Assembly (NCBI RefSeq): GCF_000007145.1
Contig: NC_003902.1
Coordinates: 3,236,497 to 3,268,496, forward strand
Reading direction: 5' to 3'
DNA: 32,000 nt
From: Xanthomonas campestris pv. campestris str. ATCC 33913
Lineage (GTDB): Bacteria; Pseudomonadota; Gammaproteobacteria; Xanthomonadales; Xanthomonadaceae
Every line of letters starts with the position of its first letter. Positions within the stretch are counted from its first letter, which is position 1. A model generated the notes under the pieces. The model saw nothing but the letters and a program-made list of their open reading frames with translations, was not told the DNA's origin and did no database searches. The position numbers were made by a program, and so were the translations under genes. Below, one piece after another: positions 17,999 through 25,437 of this stretch.

Positions 17999-18880
17999 AT
18001 GACCACGCGTCGATTCCTGCAACTGGATGTGTTCTCGGCCCGCCCCGGCAGCGGCAACCCGTTGGCGGTGGTGCTCGACGCGGAAGGCCTAGACGATGCC
18101 GCGATGCAGGCCATTGCGCGCTGGACCAAGTTGCCGGAAACCACCTTCGTGTTTCCGGCCCCCGACGCCGCCAGCAGTTATCGCCTGCGCATGTTTTCGC
18201 CGCAAAAAGAGGTGCCGTTCGCCGGCCACCCCAGTGTCGGCACCGCGCATGCAGTGCTCGACGCCGGCCTGGCCACGCCGCGCGACGGCGTGCTGGTGCA
18301 GGACGGCATCGCCGGGCAATTGCCGCTGCGCGTGGAGCAGATCGCCGGCCACCGCAGCATCGCCATCCGCACGCCGCGTGCGCGCGTCACCGAACAGCTG
18401 CAGTCCGACGACCCACGCCTGAGCGACAGCCTGCGCGGTTGGCCGCTGGGCGCCTTGCCGCCGGCCCTGATGGACGGCGGACGTACCTGGTGGGTGGTGG
18501 AACTGGCCAGCGAGGCCGCCTTGCGCAGCCTGGACCCGGATTGGAACGCGATTGCGGCATTGGCCGAATCCACCGGCAGCATGGGCGTGTTCGCCTACGC
18601 GCGTGCAGCGGCAACCGGCGCCTACGATCTGGCGGTGCGCGCCTTCGTCGGCAATGGCCGCCGCTTCGAAGACGCGGCCTCCGGCGCCGCCAACGCCGTG
18701 CTTGCGGCCTGGCTGGATAGCAAGGATGCCTTGCCCGGCACCGACGGCCGCTACGTGGTCAGCCAGGGCCGCGAAATCGGCTTCGACGCGCTGCTGGAGC
18801 TGCGCATCGATGCCAACGGCGAGGTCTGGTCGGGTGGACAGGTGCAGACGGTGATTCGCGGCACGCTGGATTGGGAGTGA
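17999..18880 (+). CDS. PhzF-family isomerase/epimerase-like protein (paralogue 2)
   Basis: 293 aa. MTTRRFLQLDVFSARPGSGNPLAVV, LPETTFVFP and PFAGHPSVGTAH. It is colinear with the upstream paralogue along its full length. Confidence 0.85.
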   Translation: MTTRRFLQLDVFSARPGSGNPLAVVLDAEGLDDAAMQAIARWTKLPETTFVFPAPDAASSYRLRMFSPQKEVPFAGHPSVGTAHAVLDAGLATPRDGVLVQDGIAGQLPLRVEQIAGHRSIAIRTPRARVTEQLQSDDPRLSDSLRGWPLGALPPALMDGGRTWWVVELASEAALRSLDPDWNAIAALAESTGSMGVFAYARAAATGAYDLAVRAFVGNGRRFEDAASGAANAVLAAWLDSKDALPGTDGRYVVSQGREIGFDALLELRIDANGEVWSGGQVQTVIRGTLDWE

Positions 18881-19031
18881 TTGGACTTCCCTTGCCCATC
18901 GCCGGCACGAGAGACGGGATAGCTGACCGTGATCGGTCATTGGAACGTCGGACGTAAGAAACACCAGGGCCGGATAGTGCGGCAACTCTGACGCTGAAGC
19001 CTTCGCGTACAACGCGCACCGGGCGCGAGAT

Positions 19032-19067
19032 AAAAAAACGCTGCGGTCTCCCGCAGCGTTTTGTCTA
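19032..19067. terminator. bidirectional rho-independent terminator
   Basis: A 9-bp stem (ACGCTGCGG / CCGCAGCGT) with loop TCTC. It is preceded by AAAAAAA and followed by TTTTGTCT, so a U-tract is available on either strand. Confidence 0.6.
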
Positions 19068-19097
19068 TTCGAACTGCCAAGACCAAGAGCCCACATC

Positions 19098-19163
19098 GTA
19101 GGAGCGCGCTCGCGCGCGAGGGCGTTACCGGGAATGCCTCATCGCGCGCAAGCGCGCTCCTAC
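19098..19163. repeat. GTAG-type REP-like palindromic intergenic element
   Basis: 22-nt arms GTAGGAGCGCGCTCGCGCGCGA (19098-19119) and TCGCGCGCAAGCGCGCTCCTAC (19142-19163), with one mismatch and a 22-nt spacer. This matches the GTAGGAGCGCGC... palindromes I recall as common in Xanthomonas/Stenotrophomonas intergenic DNA. Confidence 0.65.
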
Positions 19164-19271
19164 ACCGCCTGATGTTGTTCTAGGCACCACTCCAAAACAT
19201 CTGCACGACCCGCACGTGCCATGCACCCGCCGCTGCATCCGCACTCCGGATGCAGCGCCCACCATCGACAC

Positions 19272-19874
19272 TCAGTCGGGGCGCACATCCACGCGCACGC
19301 GGATGCGGTCACCGGGGTTGTAGTCGCTGCGGGTGTGGTACATCCGGCCGCCGTATTCGTAGGTCACGTCATAGCCGTCGACACGGTCGCGCTCACGGCG
19401 GTAGGACACCGGCTCGCAGACGCTGACATTGCCCTGGTAGGAGCGGTGATTGGCTTCGTAGATCGAGCGCCCCGCGGCAACGCCGGCCATGGTGCCGACC
19501 GCGGTGCCGACCAGGCGCCCATTGCCGCCACCGACCTGGCTGCCCAGCACCGCACCGGCGATGCCGCCGATCACGCTGGCAACCCCACGGTTGGAAGGAT
19601 TGGCCCCGCCATAACCACCGTCATTGCGGTAGTAGCCGTCGTTGCTGGTGTAGTACCCGTCGGAGGTGCGGTTGTAGCAGCGCTCGCTGGTGCGCTCTGT
19701 GTATGCGTCCGAGACGATGATCGGATCCACGCGCACCACGCGGGCGTATTCGTAGCGCCCATCCTCGTAGCCGCCGCGGCCATTGTCGCGGTAGCCGTTG
19801 TCGTACCGCTGCGCCGTCGCGTTGCCCGCAACAGCCAGACCCATCACCAGCGCACCAAGCAGAAGAGTTTTCAT
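19272..19874 (-). CDS. secreted glycine-zipper (2TM-type) domain protein
   Basis: Signal peptide MKTLLLGALVMGLAVAGNATA, a Gly/Tyr/Asp/Arg-rich region and the glycine zipper VIGGIAGAVLGSQVGGGNGRLVGTAVGTMAGVAAG. 200 aa. Confidence 0.8.
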   Translation of the reverse strand: MKTLLLGALVMGLAVAGNATAQRYDNGYRDNGRGGYEDGRYEYARVVRVDPIIVSDAYTERTSERCYNRTSDGYYTSNDGYYRNDGGYGGANPSNRGVASVIGGIAGAVLGSQVGGGNGRLVGTAVGTMAGVAAGRSIYEANHRSYQGNVSVCEPVSYRRERDRVDGYDVTYEYGGRMYHTRSDYNPGDRIRVRVDVRPD

Positions 19875-19979
19875 TGCGGCAGCTTCACAGGGAGGACACG
19901 CTGCCGATCCTCGGCTTGCTGCAGTGAAACCGCCCTGAACCGAACGGCCTGCTCAAAGCCCTATTCAGCAAGCCGCCAG

Positions 19980-20014
19980 CTGCGTACATCGACGCCTTGC
20001 GCCGATGTACGCAG
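19980..20014 (-). terminator. perfect 12-bp hairpin just downstream of osmC (possible terminator/stabiliser)
   Basis: CTGCGTACATCG (19980-19991) and CGATGTACGCAG (20003-20014) with an 11-nt loop, 13 nt after the osmC stop. No clear U-tract follows on the minus strand. Confidence 0.35.
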
Positions 20015-20026
20015 CCAGCGCCGCGG

Positions 20027-20461
20027 TCAGCTGGAAAACTCGGTTTCCAGGCTGATCGGCACAGCGCTCAGCGCCTTGGACACCGGGCAATTCTTCTTGG
20101 CGGTGTCGGCCAGCTCGCGGAACTTGGCTTCATCGATGCCCGGCACCATGGCCTTGAGCTTCAACCGGATCTGCGACAGCTGTGGGCCACCTTCCATCGA
20201 CAGATCGACATCGGCGCGAGTATCGAGCGAGGTCGGCGGAAAGCCGGCTTCGGTCAACTGCGCGGACAGTGCCATGGTGAAGCAGCCGGCATGCGCGGCA
20301 GCGATCAACTCTTCGGGGTTGGTGCCCTTTTCGTCGCCGAAGCGGCTGCTGAAGGCATACCGGGTGTTCTCCATCAACCCGCTCTGCGGAGTGCTGAGCT
20401 GGCCCTTGCCGGTCTTGAGGTCGCCTTCCCAGTGTGCGGTGGCGTGACGCGAAATGCCCAT
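20027..20461 (-). CDS. osmC: OsmC-family peroxiredoxin
   Basis: 144 aa. [30 protein letters not shown] and KNCPVSKAL carry the two conserved Cys. AGGAGA RBS upstream of the ATG at 20461. Confidence 0.9.
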   Translation of the reverse strand: MGISRHATAHWEGDLKTGKGQLSTPQSGLMENTRYAFSSRFGDEKGTNPEELIAAAHAGCFTMALSAQLTEAGFPPTSLDTRADVDLSMEGGPQLSQIRLKLKAMVPGIDEAKFRELADTAKKNCPVSKALSAVPISLETEFSS

Positions 20462-20525
20462 TGCGGTCTCCTGCGATTGAAAGGGACCGTTACCTTAGGC
20501 GAGCGGGTGTTATGGCGTTGAGAGG

Positions 20526-20686
20526 TGGAATTGGGAATTGGGAATTGGGAATTGGGAATTGGGAATTGGGAATTGGGAATCGGGAATTGGGAATTGGGAA
20601 TTGGGAATTGGGAATTGGGAATTGGGAATTGGGAATCGGGAATCGGGAATCGGGAATCGGGAATCGGGAATCGGGAATCGGGAATC
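20526..20686. repeat. 23-unit tandem heptanucleotide array (GGGAATT / GGGAATC)
   Basis: Read directly from the sequence: TGGAATT x1, GGGAATT x6, GGGAATC x1, GGGAATT x7, GGGAATC x8, contiguous, 161 bp. It lies 64 bp upstream of the osmC ATG and downstream of the pyrB terminator. Confidence 0.95.
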
Positions 20687-20794
20687 GTAAGAGCGTGCGG
20701 CGTTGCGGGGGTGTTGTCACGCTAGACGAATGGAGTTAGTTCGAATGCTGGGCTTGGCCATGCTGCGTGCTTACCTGGCGGGAAAGCAGCCAAG

Positions 20795-20837
20795 CACGAA
20801 ACAAAACGGGCGTCGCGATGATTGTCGCGACGCCCGT
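20795..20837 (-). terminator. rho-independent terminator of pyrB
   Basis: A perfect 13-bp stem (ACGGGCGTCGCGA 20806-20818 / TCGCGACGCCCGT 20825-20837) with a 6-nt loop. On the minus strand it is followed by TTTTGTTTCG. It lies ~70 nt after the pyrB stop. Confidence 0.7.
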
Positions 20838-20905
20838 GAGAAAGCGGTTTTTTTGCATTCACTACGATCGCGCTGTTACGCGATCGCAGCAGCGTATGCA
20901 GGCCA

Positions 20906-21853
20906 TCAGCCCAGCAGGGTTTCCAGGACCGCCATGCGCACGGCCACGCCGTTGGCCACCTGGCGCAGCACGCAGGACTGCGCGCCATCGGCCACCTCGT
21001 CGGTGATCTCCACGCCGCGATTGATCGGGCCCGGATGCAGCACTGCCGCGTCGCGTCCCGCGCGTGCCAGGCGCTCGCGGGTCAGGCCGTAGTCGGCGTG
21101 GTACTGCTCCAGCGATGGCACCAGGCCTTCTTCCATGCGCTCGCGCTGCAGGCGCAGCATCATCAGCGCATCGGCGCCTTCCAGCATCGCATCGAAGTCC
21201 TCGCCGACCACGCAGCCGTCCAGCATGTCGTCGTCGGGCAGCAGGCTGGCCGGGCCGCACACGCGGATCTCGCCGGCACCCAGCGTACGCAAGGCGTGCA
21301 GGTCCGAGCGGGCCACGCGCGAGTGCTTCACGTCACCGACGATCACCACCTTGAGCTTGGAGAAATCCGTGCCCTTGGCCTGACGCAGGGTGAGCATGTC
21401 CAGCAGGCCCTGAGTGGGATGCGCACTGCGCCCATCGCCGGCATTGATCAGCGCGGTACCCTCGCCGGCAGCTTCGGCCAGTCGCTCCACCGCGCCGTCT
21501 TCGGGATGACGCACCACGAAGCCGCGCACGCCCATCGCCTCGAGATTCTTCAAGGTATCGCGTGCGGTTTCGCCCTTGCGGGTGGACGAGGTGGACGCGT
21601 CGAAATTGAGCACGTCTGCGCCCAGCCGCTGCGCGGCCAGGTGGAACGAACTGCGGGTGCGCGTGGAGGGTTCGAAGAACAGCGTGCACACCGCGGTGCC
21701 CGCGAGCACGCTGCGCTTGCCCACGCGCCCCACCGCCGCATCGCGGATCTGGCCGGCGCGATCGAGCAGCTGCAGCAAGGTGGCGCGCGGCAGTCCTTCC
21801 AGGGTGAGCAGGTGGCGCAGGCGTCCGTCCGAATCGAGTTGCATGGTGGTCAT
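20906..21853 (-). CDS. pyrB: aspartate carbamoyltransferase catalytic subunit
   Basis: 315 aa. Carbamoyl-phosphate motif FEPSTRTR, and the HPTQ and HPGP(INRG) motifs. Confidence 0.95.
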   Translation of the reverse strand: MTTMQLDSDGRLRHLLTLEGLPRATLLQLLDRAGQIRDAAVGRVGKRSVLAGTAVCTLFFEPSTRTRSSFHLAAQRLGADVLNFDASTSSTRKGETARDTLKNLEAMGVRGFVVRHPEDGAVERLAEAAGEGTALINAGDGRSAHPTQGLLDMLTLRQAKGTDFSKLKVVIVGDVKHSRVARSDLHALRTLGAGEIRVCGPASLLPDDDMLDGCVVGEDFDAMLEGADALMMLRLQRERMEEGLVPSLEQYHADYGLTRERLARAGRDAAVLHPGPINRGVEITDEVADGAQSCVLRQVANGVAVRMAVLETLLG

Positions 21854-21868
21854 CGCAGGTCGGGAGAA

Positions 21869-22336
21869 TCAGGGAAGAAGAGTGGCTTGCTCGGGCGCAG
21901 ACAACCAGCGCTCGACGATCACCGCCGCGGCCATCGCGTCCAGCGTGTCGGCATCGCGGCGGCGCTTGCGCCCATCGGCCCGCTCGCGCGCAAAGCGCTG
22001 CGCAGCCTCAACCGAGCTCGAGCGCTCATCGATCAGCACCACCGGCAGCGCATAGCGCTCGCGCAGTTCGCGTGCGAAGGCGTGCGCGCGCTTGCGTGCG
22101 GGCTGGTCCTTGTCGTCCAGGGTGAGCGGGTCGCCGACCACCAGGCCGGCGGGGCGCCATTCCTTGTGCACACGATCCAGCGCCACCCAATCGGGGCCGT
22201 TGGCATGCACGTTGATCACGGCCACGGCGCGGGCACCCGCGCCAAGCGCGGTTCCCACGGCCACGCCGATCCGGCGCGACCCCACGTCGAAACCCAGCAC
22301 CGTCGCGTCGGGGCGGATCGCGCCCGCCTCAGGCAT
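21869..22336 (-). CDS. ruvX: YqgF/RuvX putative pre-16S rRNA nuclease (Holliday junction resolvase-like)
   Basis: ORF 21869..22525 trimmed to the ATG at 22336 (MPEAG...[15 protein letters not shown]), the RNase H-fold YqgF signature. The start overlaps the yqgE stop region by 8 nt. Confidence 0.9.
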   Translation of the reverse strand: MPEAGAIRPDATVLGFDVGSRRIGVAVGTALGAGARAVAVINVHANGPDWVALDRVHKEWRPAGLVVGDPLTLDDKDQPARKRAHAFARELRERYALPVVLIDERSSSVEAAQRFARERADGRKRRRDADTLDAMAAAVIVERWLSAPEQATLLP

Positions 22337-22895
22337 GCCCGGAGTAATCCGTGAGCCGGAACAGATCCACGCCGATGCGGCCGGCGGCGGTCTGCCAGCG
22401 GTCTTCCAGCGCGGTATCGAACAGCACGTTGGCGTCCGAGGGCGCGGTGAGCCAGCTGTTTTCGCCGAGCTCGAATTCCAGTTGCCCGGCGCCCCAGCCC
22501 GCGCAGCCCAGCGCCACCAGCGCATTGCGCGGGCCGTCGCCGGCGGCCATGGCCTCGAGGATGTCGCGCGAGGTGGTCAGGTAGACGCCCTGGCCCACTT
22601 CCAGGCTGGAATCCCATGCGCGCGCGTCGTCGTGAATGACGAAACCACGTTCGGGGTGCACCGGCCCGCCGCTAAGCACTGGTTGCTCGCGCAGGCGCTC
22701 GTCGCTGGTGTCGATCCCCATCTGCGACAGCACTTCGCCCAGGGTGTACTCGGACGGGCGGTTGACCAGCACACCCATGGCGCCGTTCTCGTCGTGCTGA
22801 CAGATCAGCGCGACACTGCGCGAAAAGGTAGGGTCGGACAGCGCCGGAAGCGCAATCAGCAGTTGGTTGGCCAGAGGCGTGGGCAAAACAGACAT
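22329..22895 (-). CDS. yqgE: YqgE/AlgH family protein (UPF0301)
   Basis: 188 aa. [36 protein letters not shown] is the family's typical N-terminal block. The conserved yqgE-ruvX-pyrB order is present. Confidence 0.9.
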   Translation of the reverse strand: MSVLPTPLANQLLIALPALSDPTFSRSVALICQHDENGAMGVLVNRPSEYTLGEVLSQMGIDTSDERLREQPVLSGGPVHPERGFVIHDDARAWDSSLEVGQGVYLTTSRDILEAMAAGDGPRNALVALGCAGWGAGQLEFELGENSWLTAPSDANVLFDTALEDRWQTAAGRIGVDLFRLTDYSGHA

Positions 22896-22973
22896 GCGGC
22901 CATTCTAGCGGTTCGTTTCGAACCGCGCTGGGGCGCTGCCATACTGAGCGCTTGCCTCAGCCATGGACTGCCG

Positions 22974-24830
22974 ATGCTGCCCACATCTGCGCTGCACCCC
23001 GCCTCCGACGATCTGCCCCTGCCCTGCCAGACCCGCGCGTTCATCGTGCTGGTGGCCCTGCTGCAAGGCGGCCTGCTGTATCTGGCCGAATGGGGCGCAG
23101 ACCACGGCGTGGCGCCGTTCGCTGCGCTGGGTGGGCGCGTGTGCTGGTACACCCTGGTGCTCACCGTTCCCAGCATGCTGCTGTTGAGCGTGCAGACCCT
23201 GCACGACCGTCGCCTGTGGCAGCAGTTGGCCGTGGTGGCGGCCGTGTTCGCCGCACTTGCCGGCTGGGCGGCGTGGAGCGCAACCGGGGCACCCGGCCTG
23301 GAAAGCAACAAGGTGCTGACCCCGTTCGGCCTGAGCGTGGCGGCCGCGCTGTTGATCGCCCTGCCCTGGCTGCAGTTCCGTCAGCACCATGGCAGCTGGC
23401 GTGCCAGCTATCACGCGCTGTTCGAACACGCCTGGCAGAACACGCTCACGCTTGCGTTGGCACTGGTGTTCGTCGGCGTGTGCTGGGGCGTGCTGACGTT
23501 ATGGGCCGAGTTGTTCGCATTGGTGAAGATCGATCTCTTCCGCACGCTGTTTCGCGAGGATGCCTTCATCTACCTGGCCACCGGCACGATGGCTGGCCTG
23601 GGCATCCTGATCGGGCGCACCCGCCAGCGTGCGGTGCAGGTGATGCGGCAGATCGTGTTCGCCCTGTGCACCGGCCTGGTGCCCTTGCTGGCCAGTATCG
23701 CGCTGCTGTTCATCCTCACCCTGCCGCTGACCGGCCTGCAGCCGCTGTGGCAGACCCGTGCGGCGGCGACGATCCTGCTGTGCATGGTGTTCGGGCTGGT
23801 GCTGTTCACCAATGCGGTGTACCAGGATGGCGCGACACCGCCGGCGTATCCGGGCTGGTTGCGGCGCGTTGTCGAGGCCGGGCTGCTCACACTGCCGCTC
23901 TATGCAGGCCTGGCGCTTTACGCGGTGGGCGTGCGCATTGCCCAGTACGGCTGGACCGGCGAACGCTTCTGGGGCGTGGTGCTGGCCGCGGTGGCCAGCG
24001 CCTATGCAGTGGGATATGCCATTGCAGTGCTGCGGCCACGCCCGGGGCAGTGGCTGGCGCCGCTGGCGCGCAGCAACAAGATGCTGTCGTGGGTGGTCAT
24101 CGCCCTGCTGCTATTGGTCAATACGCCTGTGCTGGATCCGTATCGGATTGTGGTGGCCAGCCAGCTGCAGCAGTTGGCACAGCGCGGCGGCACTGCAAAC
24201 CCGGATCTGCTGCAGGACGATCTGGAATTCCTGCGGTTTGCCAACGGCCGCCGTGGTTATCACGCGGTGCAAGCGCTGCGGGACACCCCCGTCTTTGCCA
24301 ACGATGCCAAGCGCAGCCGGCAGCTCACTCTGCTGCTAGGGCGGACGCAACGTTGGCAGGAACCGCAGTCGGATGACGCACTGCGACGCTCGCGCATGCA
24401 CGACGCGGCCGAGCTGCAGGCACACCTGCAGCTCGCCGCAGGCAGCAGCAGCCCGGACCCAAGCTGGTGGAGCACCCTGGCGCAGGGCAGCTTGCACAAC
24501 GACAGCTGCCTGCAGCGCGATGCCGACTGCGTGATCACCCGCCGCGACCTGGATCAGGACGGCCAGGACGAGGTCATGCTATGCGATCTTTCAGGGAAGT
24601 TTGGTATCACCTGCACGCTGCACACCCGCGATGCGCAAGGCTGGTACCGGGTGGACACAGTGAACAGCTTCCCGCAGCGCAGCCAGCAGCAAGAAGCCCT
24701 GCGCGAGGCCGTGCGCCAAGGCAAACTCGCCACGCAGCCACGCCGTTGGCCTGACCTGCTGTTTCCCGGCGGTGAACCGATGCGCATCAACCCATCCGCC
24801 AATGCGCGCAAGACAACGGAGACCCCATGA
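22974..24830 (+). CDS. large polytopic inner-membrane protein with soluble C-terminal domain (DUF4153-like; family assignment tentative)
   Basis: ORF 22092..24830 trimmed to the first plausible ATG at 22974 (MLPTSAL...), after the divergent yqgE start. There are about 11-12 hydrophobic helices, then a ~230-aa hydrophilic tail containing DLDQDGQDE. The stop overlaps the tag ATG (ATGA). Confidence 0.7.
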   Translation: MLPTSALHPASDDLPLPCQTRAFIVLVALLQGGLLYLAEWGADHGVAPFAALGGRVCWYTLVLTVPSMLLLSVQTLHDRRLWQQLAVVAAVFAALAGWAAWSATGAPGLESNKVLTPFGLSVAAALLIALPWLQFRQHHGSWRASYHALFEHAWQNTLTLALALVFVGVCWGVLTLWAELFALVKIDLFRTLFREDAFIYLATGTMAGLGILIGRTRQRAVQVMRQIVFALCTGLVPLLASIALLFILTLPLTGLQPLWQTRAAATILLCMVFGLVLFTNAVYQDGATPPAYPGWLRRVVEAGLLTLPLYAGLALYAVGVRIAQYGWTGERFWGVVLAAVASAYAVGYAIAVLRPRPGQWLAPLARSNKMLSWVVIALLLLVNTPVLDPYRIVVASQLQQLAQRGGTANPDLLQDDLEFLRFANGRRGYHAVQALRDTPVFANDAKRSRQLTLLLGRTQRWQEPQSDDALRRSRMHDAAELQAHLQLAAGSSSPDPSWWSTLAQGSLHNDSCLQRDADCVITRRDLDQDGQDEVMLCDLSGKFGITCTLHTRDAQGWYRVDTVNSFPQRSQQQEALREAVRQGKLATQPRRWPDLLFPGGEPMRINPSANARKTTETP

Positions 24831-25366
24831 GCGGTTATTGCAGCATCGCGCCAGGCCACCCGGTGCATGGCCACTACCACGACCACGAGTACGGCTTCCC
24901 GCAGCGCGACGAACGCGAGCTGTTCGAACGTCTTGTGCTGGAGATCAACCAGGCCGGCCTGAGTTGGGAAACCATCCTGCGCAAGCGAGGCAACTTCCAG
25001 CGTGCCTATGACGGGTTCGACGTGGACACCGTGGCCGCGTACGGCGAGGCGGAGATTGCCAGGCTGATGCAGGATGCCGGCATCATTCGCAATCGCCTGA
25101 AGGTGCTGGCCGCCATCCACAACGCGCAGGTGATCCAGCGCCTGCGCGCAACGCACGGCAGCTTTGCCAACTGGCTGGATGCACAACATCCCCTCGACAA
25201 GCCGGCCTGGGTGAAAGTGTTCAAGAAGACCTTCCGTTTCACTGGCGGCGAAATCACCGGCGAATTCCTGATGAGCCTGGGCTACCTGCGCGGCGCGCAC
25301 CATGCCGACTGCCCGGTATTTGCGGACATTCAGGCACTGTCGCCGCCGTGGATGCATAGCGCGTGA
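24827..25366 (+). CDS. tag: DNA-3-methyladenine glycosylase I
   Basis: 179 aa. YHDHEYGFP, LFERLVLEINQAGLSWETILRKR and IIRNRLKV are typical Tag blocks. GGAG lies 6 nt upstream of the ATG. Confidence 0.9.
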   Translation: MSGYCSIAPGHPVHGHYHDHEYGFPQRDERELFERLVLEINQAGLSWETILRKRGNFQRAYDGFDVDTVAAYGEAEIARLMQDAGIIRNRLKVLAAIHNAQVIQRLRATHGSFANWLDAQHPLDKPAWVKVFKKTFRFTGGEITGEFLMSLGYLRGAHHADCPVFADIQALSPPWMHSA

Positions 25367-25437
25367 GCGACACCTTGCGTGCCGCGTGCGAGGCGCCTGT
25401 ACTCAGCGCTGCGACCACACCGCATCGCACATTTCGC

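Noticed and set aside
19221-20447. 408-aa ORF on the plus strand
   Set aside because: It spans the antisense of both the glycine-zipper gene and osmC, including their intergenic hairpin. It is a composition artefact.
20526-20686. Possible CRISPR array
   Set aside because: The units are 7 bp and contiguous, with no spacers and no cas genes nearby. It is a microsatellite/VNTR, not CRISPR.
20434-20739. ORFs encoding GIGNWEL / FPIPNSQ / GIGNRES repeats (three ORFs on both strands)
   Set aside because: They are translations of the 7-bp tandem array. All frames are open only because the unit lacks stop triplets. They are not protein-coding.
21035-22354. 439-aa plus-strand ORF. Similar long antisense ORFs are at 7985-8674, 10104-10982, 11064-12284, 12484-13176, 13213-13881, 28574-29884 and 30061-31002.
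   Set aside because: Each is the mirror frame of a gene with strong motif support (pyrB/ruvX, ssb, DLH, murD2, murL, pilU, pilT). None has motifs or a plausible RBS.
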